64,000 bases of DNA from a virus (taxonomy: Duplodnaviria; Heunggongvirae; Uroviricota; Caudoviricetes): positions 147,598 through 211,597 of the IMG/VR virus record IMGVR_UViG_3300038393_000804. One strand, 5' to 3'. Each line of letters opens with the position of its first letter. The first letter of the stretch is position 1. Below the pieces are notes generated by a model, which saw only the letters and a program-made list of their open reading frames with translations, ran no database searches and was not told the DNA's origin. A program made the position numbers and the translations under genes. Positions 38,049 through 46,416 of this stretch are shown piece by piece.

Positions 38049-38191
38049 GTGAAGGGGAACCTAGTAATTGCATATAACACTCCTTTCATATTGATTATCT
38101 CCTTTTCGTGATAGCTGTACATTTTTCCCTCCCGCAGAGGTTTTTGGTACAGCGCCTTTCTTGTTTGGTTAACCTAGGTTCCCTATATCAC
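38049..38191 (+). ncRNA. Candidate structured RNA in the tRNA-Asn leader with several CU-rich unpaired motifs
   Basis: Closing stem GGGGAACCTAG/CTAGGTTCCCT, inner GCTGTAC/GTACAGC; motifs ACTCCTTTC, TCTCCTTTT, TTCCCTCC. Confidence 0.5.
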
Positions 38192-38194
38192 CTT

Positions 38195-38266
38195 TGCTCT
38201 GTGGCGTAGTGGTAGCGCGACGGACTGTTAATCCGCAGGTCGCAGGTTCGAATCCTGCCAGAGCAG
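38195..38266 (+). tRNA. tRNA-Asn(GTT)
   Basis: Cloverleaf TGCTCTG/CAGAGCA, loop CT-GTT-AA, T arm GCAGG-TTCGAAT-CCTGC; CCA not encoded. Confidence 0.92.
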
Positions 38267-38326
38267 TAAATAATACTTGATAGTTTCATAGTAACAGGTT
38301 ACGTTTATGGCATACTGCTATAGGAT

Positions 38327-38806
38327 GTGACTGCTATGGAACAGAAGAAGATGGTAGGTGCTCATGACCAAGTCAGACACCTAACTGAAATCGTTCATAC
38401 GCCAGAGCACGTTCAACGCAAAGAAAGTTCTATGTTCAGAGAGTCTAAGAAAAGACTTCGAGAAGATGGTCACTATCATTGCTATGTATGTGGTTCAACT
38501 GACGAGCTACAGGTTCATCACTACGGCGGTGAATGGTCATTAGAAAATGTCCTAGACATGCAGAAGTTGAAAGACTTCGTGGAAGAATGGGATGTATATG
38601 GATACGGAAAACTATTAAGAAACAAACCTCTTACTAGCGTTGACGATATCCGTAATATGATGGTGCTTTGCCAAGAGCATCATACAGGCGGCATGACCGA
38701 TGGTTCTGCTAACGGTATACATAACATCACATTCCCAGCTTGGATTAGTCAAAAGCTAGTCCAAGACGGCAAAGAGACCGTTCCTCTAGAACGGGAAGAA
38801 GACTAA
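38327..38806 (+). CDS. HNH-like endonuclease domain protein
   Basis: CYVCGS..ELQVHH...NMMVLCQEHH...GIH. Confidence 0.65.
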   Translation: MTAMEQKKMVGAHDQVRHLTEIVHTPEHVQRKESSMFRESKKRLREDGHYHCYVCGSTDELQVHHYGGEWSLENVLDMQKLKDFVEEWDVYGYGKLLRNKPLTSVDDIRNMMVLCQEHHTGGMTDGSANGIHNITFPAWISQKLVQDGKETVPLEREED

Positions 38807-38824
38807 TAACAGGAGGAGATTCGC

Positions 38825-38968
38825 ATGGCAAACATCCAGTACAATGGTGGAGTACCTTTACAACCACAGAAAAAAGGCGGTTCAATGAAGCCACTTAACC
38901 TTGCTCCTAAGCTTGCTCCTAAAGCACCAGCTAAAGGACCTGCTATCAAGGCTCCAACTAAGCCTTAA
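38825..38968 (+). CDS. 47-aa Pro/Lys/Ala-rich peptide (not in ORF track)
   Basis: Strong SD AGGAGGAG; MANIQYNGGVPLQPQKKGGSMKPLNLAPKLAPKAPAKGPAIKAPTKP; own terminator downstream. Confidence 0.7.
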   Translation: MANIQYNGGVPLQPQKKGGSMKPLNLAPKLAPKAPAKGPAIKAPTKP

Positions 38969-38990
38969 TTTTTGTCATAACCTATGCGGT

Positions 38991-39012
38991 AAGAGGGCTT
39001 CGGCCCTCGTTT
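38991..39012 (+). terminator. Hairpin/terminator
   Basis: GAGGGC-TTCG-GCCCTC + GTTTT. Confidence 0.6.
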
Positions 39013-39014
39013 TA

Positions 39015-39088
39015 CGGGAAGTAGCTCAGCTTGGTAGAGCACTTGGTTTGGGACCAAGGGGTCGCAGGTTCGAATCCTGTCTTCCCGA
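39015..39088 (+). tRNA. tRNA-Pro(TGG)
   Basis: CGGGAAG/CTTCCCG acceptor, CTTGG-TT-TGG-GA-CCAAG. Confidence 0.95.
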
Positions 39089-39091
39089 TAT

Positions 39092-39151
39092 GCAGGTACA
39101 TGGTACGGCTATTCTAGAACGGCGGTGGTTCAAGTCCACCTGCCTGCATCA
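39092..39151 (+). ncRNA. Miniature tRNA-like element (acceptor and T arm intact, D and anticodon arms collapsed)
   Basis: GCAGGTA/TGCCTGC 7-bp acceptor, GGTGG-TTCAAGT-CCACC; only 25 nt between them. Confidence 0.55.
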
Positions 39152-39154
39152 TAC

Positions 39155-39230
39155 GCTGGCTTAGCTCAGTAGGTAGAGCGACTGACTTGTAATCAGTAGG
39201 TCGCGGGTTCAATTCCTGCAGCCAGCACCA
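39155..39230 (+). tRNA. tRNA-Thr(TGT)
   Basis: GCTGGCT/AGCCAGC, CTGA-CT-TGT-AA-TCAG, encoded CCA. Confidence 0.96.
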
Positions 39231-39231
39231 T

Positions 39232-39305
39232 GGGAGCATAGCTCAGTTGGTTAGAGCGCCACCCTGTCACGGTGGAGGCCGAGGGTTCGAGTCCCTTTGT
39301 TCTCG
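39232..39305 (+). tRNA. tRNA-Asp(GTC)
   Basis: GGGAGCA/TGTTCTC, CCACC-CT-GTC-AC-GGTGG. Confidence 0.94.
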
Positions 39306-39468
39306 TTGCAGACCTCTGCAAAGTCTAAACCTTAGACTAAACAGATACGGTTTCTTGCTTCCGTAAAGAGCAAGTGGTGGGCCATCAAACATAGACAGTC
39401 AGCGGCGACAAGAAGCTGACAACATATTTTTAGCTACACGGAGAGAGAGCTAAGTAGTACCTGTCGCC
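39306..39468 (+). ncRNA. Candidate multi-hairpin, pseudoknotted RNA after tRNA-Asp
   Basis: Five short hairpins; loop GGCGACA (39404-39410) complements TGTCGCC (39462-39468). Confidence 0.5.
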
Positions 39469-39497
39469 AAACAACATATCAAATTGGGGGATTTGAA

Positions 39498-40071
39498 ATG
39501 GGATTGGGAAAAAACAAGGGACATCAATCTGTAATTCAAGAAGCTGGAAAGTTATTTGATTCATCAATCAGTATGTTTACTGAGGCTGAAAAGAAAATTG
39601 ACGAAGCACAATCGAAACTTGATGTGACGATTGCAGGCTTAGATACAGCGATTGAAGAACTACAACAACTTAAAGAGAAAGCAGTAAAAGATAAAGAAAG
39701 AAACGCTGGCTTCAAAGAGAAGCTAAAAGAGTTTACTGCAAAGTAGGAGAGAGGGCCATACTAACTGTATGGTCTTTTATTTTTTTAGGAGGGATTTTAT
39801 GAAGATAACTGAGAGTATCACAGCTAACATTAGCCTGAAAGAAATCGAAGCGATGATTCAGGAGAATGCTTCTAAAGAAGGATACGATGTCACAAAGGTT
39901 ACGCCAGAATATGAGAAAGAATATTCTCGTGACCCAAGAGAAAGCGGAATGGTTACTGGTCAGAAGCTTACTGGATTCAAGGTAGACCTAAGACGTAAAC
40001 AAGTACCAACGAAGCGAAGCATCACTCAGTCTGCAGCTACTCGTGACTGGTTTGACATTAATGACCGCTAA
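39498..40071 (+). CDS. Two hypothetical ORFs (39498-39746 coiled coil, ~39787-40071)
   Basis: SD-led. Confidence 0.65.
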
Positions 40072-40142
40072 AAATTAGTCCCCCATCCCCCAATCTTTTA
40101 TGCTACAATGGGACATATATATTGTGCATGGGAGAGGTTGGC

Positions 40143-40745
40143 ATGAAGATTATTGCAGTAGAAGGCTTAGACAAATCAGGAAAACACACAGCTGTTAAAT
40201 TCCTACAGGAGTATCTTACAACTCAAGGACTATATGTAGTAAGGTCAGAGTTTCATAGATATGATACGCCAACTGGTGAGCTTATCATGAAGTGGTTGAC
40301 TGGTCGATATGATGTAGACCAGCACACCATTGAATTGATTATGGCAGCTGATAAGCAAGCTCAGCAAAAATGGTTTGATGAACTGGAAGAAGAGGGCGTT
40401 GACATCCTTGTATTAGACCGATACGTGGGAAGCCAGCAGGTTTATTCATATGCAAATGGAGTAGCTCCTACATGGGCAGCAATGCTTCAGCAGTATATGC
40501 GTAAACCTGATTTGGAATTATTCATTGATGTCACTGCCGAAGAAAGTATGCGCCGTAAAGGGAAGCACAACAACGGAGAGAATGACCGTTACGAGCGTGA
40601 CTTCGAATTGCTTTCTAAGGTTCGTGAGCTTTTCCTTCAGCGTAAGAATGTTAAAATAAATGGTATGCAATCCATTGAAGATGTTCACGCTGAGATTGTC
40701 GAGGCTTTAAAAGGAGTTGATTTTGGTTGGTTATTACGCAAGTAG
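40143..40745 (+). CDS. tmk: Thymidylate (dTMP) kinase
   Basis: IAVEGLDKSGKHT P-loop, AADKQ, LVLDRYVGS, KPDLELFIDV. Confidence 0.9.
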   Translation: MKIIAVEGLDKSGKHTAVKFLQEYLTTQGLYVVRSEFHRYDTPTGELIMKWLTGRYDVDQHTIELIMAADKQAQQKWFDELEEEGVDILVLDRYVGSQQVYSYANGVAPTWAAMLQQYMRKPDLELFIDVTAEESMRRKGKHNNGENDRYERDFELLSKVRELFLQRKNVKINGMQSIEDVHAEIVEALKGVDFGWLLRK

Positions 40746-41179
40746 ACACACAATGGCAACAACAAAAGCAAGCTTATAAAGAGCGGCTAGCTACGATTGT
40801 TATCCCTCTGGATATTTCAGCTGGAGTTGCTAAGGGTTTATTAGCCCGCATTGATGCATTCTTCTCTGAGCTTCGCTTAGAAGTGGCAGAGATAAGTGCC
40901 CAGAAAGAACAGATTGAAATTCTGATTCGAGAAATCGAACGAGTAAAGGCAAATGGCAGCAATGAGATTGCCCGTAAGAAAGCCGCATCAGAAGCTGTTC
41001 AGAAGTATGATGTTAACGGTTCTATTATTAATCTCTATGATGTACAGAGAGAGCTGGTAGAAAAGTCTTCATTCTTATACGGTGTGCTAGATGTATTAAA
41101 TGGAAAGCAGGCACGACTCATTACTATCTCAGGCGTACTGAAACTAGAGAAAGATTTATCTCCTTATGGTACTTTGTAG
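40727..41179 (+). CDS. Helical hypothetical protein
   Basis: Long amphipathic helices; function not recognised. Confidence 0.6.
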   Translation: MVITQVDTQWQQQKQAYKERLATIVIPLDISAGVAKGLLARIDAFFSELRLEVAEISAQKEQIEILIREIERVKANGSNEIARKKAASEAVQKYDVNGSIINLYDVQRELVEKSSFLYGVLDVLNGKQARLITISGVLKLEKDLSPYGTL

Positions 41180-41271
41180 GCATAGGGAATAGGTCAATCC
41201 CCCTCTTGACAGGTTCCCTCCAATAGCTTCCAATCAAAGTAACATAAGGTTTTTGGAGGGGAAACAAGGGG

Positions 41272-41502
41272 ATGAAAATCGGGAAGCATGCTATCAGAAG
41301 ATACAAAAAAAGAATTGGCAAGCGAACGGCAACAAGAGAGCGGATTGAGAAAGACATCAAGAAGCATATTGAAACATCTACTATAAAGAAGGTGTATTAC
41401 AAAGAGACAGGTCAGTACCGAATCTGGACACCAAAGTTTATAGCAGTATGTGAAAAGGGAATGGTAGTAACGATACTGCCGCCAAATGAAAACTGTGGGT
41501 GA
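41272..41502 (+). CDS. Small basic protein, possible RelE/BrnT-like (DUF4258-type) fold
   Basis: KHAIRRYKKR...FIAVCEKGMVVTIL. Confidence 0.45.
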   Translation: MKIGKHAIRRYKKRIGKRTATRERIEKDIKKHIETSTIKKVYYKETGQYRIWTPKFIAVCEKGMVVTILPPNENCG

Positions 41503-42229
41503 TAGAATGAGAAAGTACAAGTGTAATGAAGACATGCATTCACGTTGTTCGAACAATGCTTTGTGTCACTTGTGCGATGGGGAAGCACTCTTCAAAGACC
41601 CGAAGGCAGAGTTCCAAGAGAAGATGCGTATCCGTGAAGAGAATAAGGAAGCGGAGAAACATGCTTTAGTAAAGTCCTACAAGAAGGAAAAGAAAGAAGG
41701 TATGGGCTTTGAGAAGCGTGTAGCTGGAGCTTGGAATGATAAGTTCGGAACGAAGAAGAAAAAGAAGCCAGTTGCAAAGCCACGTATTAGTGTAGACTTT
41801 GATGATGAACCAGAAGAAGAAGTAGATGAAGGAATAACAGCACCTACCTTCTTAGGTAATACACCAAAGCCTGCTAAGAAATATGTAAAGCAAGAAGCGC
41901 AGCGCCAGGTGAACTCAGGAGCGATGTGGCATAGTAAAGGTGATATCAAACTTCATCATGCTTTGATGGAATGCAAAGAGCGTGGAAGCACGAACTCCAA
42001 AGGTGAGAAAACCATAAGCATACCAAAGCATTGGCTGGAGAAGCAGGAGTTGGAGGCGTTCCAAGAGCAACGTCCTTACTGGTATCTTCCCTTCGGTTAT
42101 AAGAATGATGATGCCATCTATTTGATTAAGCCATACGACCATGAGCTTGAATTGGTATTTGAATTAAGAAAGGCTCGTGAAGAAATTGAAAGACTACAAG
42201 CTGAACTTCAAAAGCTCAAAGGACAATGA
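41486..42229 (+). CDS. PD-(D/E)XK nuclease, Hjc-like resolvase candidate
   Basis: GMGFEKRV, NSGAMWHSKGDI..LMECKE, SIPKHWLEK. Confidence 0.65.
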   Translation: MKTVGDRMRKYKCNEDMHSRCSNNALCHLCDGEALFKDPKAEFQEKMRIREENKEAEKHALVKSYKKEKKEGMGFEKRVAGAWNDKFGTKKKKKPVAKPRISVDFDDEPEEEVDEGITAPTFLGNTPKPAKKYVKQEAQRQVNSGAMWHSKGDIKLHHALMECKERGSTNSKGEKTISIPKHWLEKQELEAFQEQRPYWYLPFGYKNDDAIYLIKPYDHELELVFELRKAREEIERLQAELQKLKGQ

Positions 42230-42391
42230 AGAACCATTGCGCGACTTGCAGCAAGGCTTTAAAATTATAGAGCGTATCGGTGCTGGAAGAGTGAGAATGC
42301 AAGATGGTTCTATCCTTTGCTTAGGGTGCAACATGAAAGTTAATCATGCATTCAGCACAAACTGTGGTTGCAATGATTGGAGAGGGATTAA

Positions 42392-43918
42392 ATGACAATC
42401 ACCATTCCTTTTTGGGGAATAATTGCATTAATTATTGTAGTCTGCATTATTGTATGTGGAATCCTTGCCTACTTTGGAGAAAAAGAAGGAGGATACCTTG
42501 GGGGTATAGGACATGCCATCGGCATACTTATAGTAGGATTCTGCACAATCGCTATCTGTCTTGGAATGATAGCAGGAAAGTATTTGTTTTAAGGAGGCGA
42601 TAATATGTTATTGCCAGAAGAATTCAAACGATGTCCTAAGTGCGGACAAGGTTGGTTTGAAAAGAAAGAGTTCGTCCTTATCTATAAGGGTTCGAAATCT
42701 TATGAAATGCCAGACATCTACAAGAAGGAAATCCAATACCATTGCGTTGGTTGCGGACACATCGAACATAAATACAACGAACAATTATAGGAGGAATTAT
42801 GATGGAGTTAGGTAAGGTGCCAAATTTTGAGCCAGATGAAGAGTTCAAAAAGATGCTAGAGGATTTATTCACAAAGACGGAAGAGCCGAAAGAAGAGGCA
42901 AAGGAAGAGCCGAAGTCAGAGGAGAAGCCAAAGAAGAAAACTCCGACACGTCGGGTAAAGATTCCTGAGCCGCCTGCACAAACCAAAGAAGAAGAAAAGG
43001 AAGCATTGAAGTTTGCTCAAGGTGAACTTGATACTTTGTTTGATGCCTTCTATCAGTTCACAGAGGCAGCAGGTGAAACAATTGTCTTTGGTTATCTTCA
43101 GAATGATATTCAAGAATTAGTTTCCCGCTTCGAGGATATCGACATTATCCTTCAGGATAAGATTGATAAAGAGAAGCTAACGGAGTATGGATTGACGGAC
43201 TTCGAAAAGTATCGGAAGATACGTGCCCGAATCCTGAATGACATATACAATAAATATAAAAATAGCAAGTAAAAATTTTGAAAAATATATTCCATTTCTT
43301 CTAAAATGCTGTATAATATTCTTAACGGAATATATGTACGGCATTTTCTGTCTTTGTACAAGTTATAGGGGGATACGCATGGCAGAGTTAAAGCTGGATT
43401 GCTCCAGAGAAAGAGTAGCATTCTTAATGGACAATATTCCACAGACAAGGTACAACTACTTGCATTTGCTAATAAGCTACTGGCAAGTATTCGATGAAAT
43501 TGACATACCAGAACATGTTGTCAACCAGATAGTCGAAAAGGCTACGCAACCAGAAACCATTGGCAGGGCAAGACGCAAGGCTAAGGAACTGGCTAGATAT
43601 AGAGAATTGCTAGAGTTGCAACGCATGGTACAGGAACTGGAAGAGGTAGAGCAACCATAAAATACAATATGGATGGGAGAACTCTACTTGAGTAACGAGA
43701 ACAATCAATTCATCAGTACGTCACGGGGATATAAAACAAAAGGTAACGAGTACAAAGACAGGTACGTAGAAAAGGATTGTCCTGAGTGCGGTCACAATCG
43801 CGCATACAAGGATACTTGGCGTACACGAGTTGCTTATACTTGTTTGAAACGCAACTGCCGCCACAAGTGGTATGAAAAGATTGACCCGCATACAGGTGAA
43901 GAACTTACAGAGAAATAA
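42392..43918 (+). CDS. Small hypothetical ORFs (42392-42592 TM, 42605-42790 Zn, 42799-43272, ~43379-43660, 43673-43918 Zn)
   Basis: SD-led; 43379-43660 (YWQVFD..PETIGRARR) parallels 49432-49737 (YWQVVD..AESITRARR). Confidence 0.6.
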
Positions 43919-43985
43919 ATTCAAGAGTCAGTGAAAGCGTGAGGGGGCGTAAGTAACTGACTTTTGTTATGAAAGGGAGAAGATA

Positions 43986-44570
43986 ATGGCGAGTCTTTAT
44001 TTTGTTCAGGCACCAATGAATTCAAGCAAGTCTGCTCAGCTATTAATGACTGCTCACAATTATGAAGAGCGTAGTCATCGAGTACTGATTGTTAAACCTG
44101 CTATTGATACTCGTGACGGCGTCTACGTACAGTCTAGAGCATTAGAAGTAAAAAGGGAAGTGGACTTAGTCATAGGACCAAACGACCATTGGCATGTCTA
44201 TAAGGAAGTAGAAGGCAGTGATTACGCCGCTGTCTTAGTAGACGAAGCTCAGTTCTTGTCGGCTAGACAAGTGGATGAACTGGGAGAAATCGTAGATGAT
44301 TTAGGAATCCCTGTTATGGCCTACGGCTTACGTACAGATGCTTTTACAAACCTATTTGAAGGCAGTAGAAGGCTGTACGAAATAGCTGATAAGTTCCAAG
44401 AGCTGAAAACGATTTGCCCTTGCTGCGGTAAGAAGGCTATCATTAATATGAGACTAGATGAAAATGGTGAACCATTGTTTAATGGTGACCAGGTATCTCC
44501 AGGTATCAACTACCTTCCTGTATGCCGCAAGTATTATAACGAGTTAAAGCGTAAAGCTGAAGAAGTGTAG
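43986..44570 (+). CDS. tdk: Thymidine kinase
   Basis: APMNSSKS, KPAIDTRDG, VLVDEAQFL, YGLRTDAF, FEGS, CPCC, YLPVCRK. Confidence 0.94.
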   Translation: MASLYFVQAPMNSSKSAQLLMTAHNYEERSHRVLIVKPAIDTRDGVYVQSRALEVKREVDLVIGPNDHWHVYKEVEGSDYAAVLVDEAQFLSARQVDELGEIVDDLGIPVMAYGLRTDAFTNLFEGSRRLYEIADKFQELKTICPCCGKKAIINMRLDENGEPLFNGDQVSPGINYLPVCRKYYNELKRKAEEV

Positions 44571-44580
44571 GAGTGATTAG

Positions 44581-46374
44581 ATGTTATCAATTAAGTTAAG
44601 TGGAAACGTCCTCCATCTCAAAATAGAGACGCAGTTAGGAGGCAACACGTACAAAAACTTAATGACTCTATTCCGAAGCCTCACTGGTGCTTTCTATTGG
44701 GAAGAGAAGTACACATGGATTATTCCAAAAGAGTATGTTGATGACATCGTGAACTTCGTTGGCGAGGACAAGATTGCTTGGTTTAATTCATTGGAAGAAA
44801 TCAAGGGGATTAAAGAATCTGTCATCCCAAGATTCGAAGTATCAGACATAGGTCTGTCGGATTTAAAATTGAACCCTTATCCATTCCAGGCAGTGGGCAT
44901 TAGTTTCCTGCATGATATTCAAACAGGATTGCTGGCTGATGAGATGGGATTAGGGAAGACGCCGCAAGCTATCGGTGCAGTACACCGCCTCTGGAAAGAA
45001 GGCAGAGCAAGAAAAGCATTGGTAGTTTGCCCGACATCATTGAAGTATCAGTGGAAGGAAGAAATCAGTAAGTTCACCGAGCATAAGGGAATTGTTATTG
45101 ACGGCACACCTAAGCAGAGAAAAGAACAGCTGATAGAGTTCGCTTCCTCAGATGAATACTTATTTGCTATTATAAATTATGAATTAGTCAGAAATGATTT
45201 AGAAACTATCAGGCAGATACGAGTAGATGTATTGGTAGCAGATGAATGTCATCGCATTAAGAATCATAAGACGAAGACTTCACAAGCGATGAAGATGCTG
45301 GATGCTCCGTATAAGTTTGGATTAACAGGAACGCCAATGCAGAATAAGCCAGATGAATTATGGAATGTAATGGACTGGCTTGACCCAACTGTGCTAGGAA
45401 ACTACTGGGCTTTCCGCAACCGCTATGTGGTGACAGGTGAGAAGTTTGGCAAGCGGAATGTAGAGATTGGATACAAACGATTGGGTGAACTTCGCAGGCG
45501 TGTAGCTCCGAAGATGCTCCGTCGAATGAAGATAGACGTGGCTCCAGAACTTCCAGAGATGATATTCAATAAGTATCGTGTAGAGATGACGCCTGAACAG
45601 CAGCGCATTCAGGATGCTATCCAGCAAGAGTTCGTAGAATTGCTAAAAGAAATTCAGCAGTTTAATGAACGCAATCAATCGGATGAAGAAACAGAACATC
45701 CAAAGCAAGGACAGATGCTTGGGTTCTTCAACTTATTGCTGGCTGTATCGGATGCACCTGAGCTACTTCAAATGAGTGATTCAAATATGGCGGCCCGATA
45801 CACAGATATGCTGACAGCGAATCCGAAGAGTCCAAAACTGGATGAGCTGGAGAAGATATGTGAAGAGAACATTGAATCTGGAAATAAAAAGATTGTGGTG
45901 TTCACCCAATTCGCACGTATGCAAACACTAGCTGTGGGCAGATTAAAAGACATGGGTGGTGTTGAAGTTATCAATGGGTCAATGAAACCTTTCGAAAGGC
46001 AAGCAGCTCTTGATAACTTTAAGTATAATGAAGCAATAAACTTCCTGGTGTGTACGGATGCTGCAAACTACGGGTTGAACATGCAGTTCGCTAATGTCCT
46101 TATTAACCTAGACATCCCATGGAATCCAGCAACGTATGACCAGCGTGCGGGACGCGTACATCGTATTGGCGGGGAGCATAAGAATGTATTCATTATTGAT
46201 ATTATCACGCAGGGCGGAATCGACGAGAAGGTGGAAGAAGCCTTATATCGTAAGCGGGAGCTGGCTGGACAAATCGTTGAAAAGAACGATGAAGAACGTG
46301 CCATGATGAATCGCTTATCCGCAAACCTCATGAGTAAAATCATGGGTACTGGTAAGACTAGAAAGAAAAAGTAG
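44581..46374 (+). CDS. SNF2-family ATPase/helicase
   Basis: LADEMGLGKT, DECHRIKN, LTGTPMQN, VVFTQF, GLNMQFA, WNPATYDQRAGRVHRIG. Confidence 0.94.
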   Translation: MLSIKLSGNVLHLKIETQLGGNTYKNLMTLFRSLTGAFYWEEKYTWIIPKEYVDDIVNFVGEDKIAWFNSLEEIKGIKESVIPRFEVSDIGLSDLKLNPYPFQAVGISFLHDIQTGLLADEMGLGKTPQAIGAVHRLWKEGRARKALVVCPTSLKYQWKEEISKFTEHKGIVIDGTPKQRKEQLIEFASSDEYLFAIINYELVRNDLETIRQIRVDVLVADECHRIKNHKTKTSQAMKMLDAPYKFGLTGTPMQNKPDELWNVMDWLDPTVLGNYWAFRNRYVVTGEKFGKRNVEIGYKRLGELRRRVAPKMLRRMKIDVAPELPEMIFNKYRVEMTPEQQRIQDAIQQEFVELLKEIQQFNERNQSDEETEHPKQGQMLGFFNLLLAVSDAPELLQMSDSNMAARYTDMLTANPKSPKLDELEKICEENIESGNKKIVVFTQFARMQTLAVGRLKDMGGVEVINGSMKPFERQAALDNFKYNEAINFLVCTDAANYGLNMQFANVLINLDIPWNPATYDQRAGRVHRIGGEHKNVFIIDIITQGGIDEKVEEALYRKRELAGQIVEKNDEERAMMNRLSANLMSKIMGTGKTRKKK

Positions 46375-46399
46375 AGGCTCCTAATGGGGTCTCTTTTTT
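46374..46399 (+). terminator. Probable terminator
   Basis: GAGGCTCC-TAAT-GGGGTCTC + T tract. Confidence 0.65.
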
Positions 46400-46416
46400 A
46401 TTTAGGAGGGAAAACT

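Noticed and set aside
38049-38191. 6S RNA
   Set aside because: The internal loop is very asymmetric (~46 versus ~15 nt) and the apical stem is short; this does not fit the 6S open-promoter mimic.
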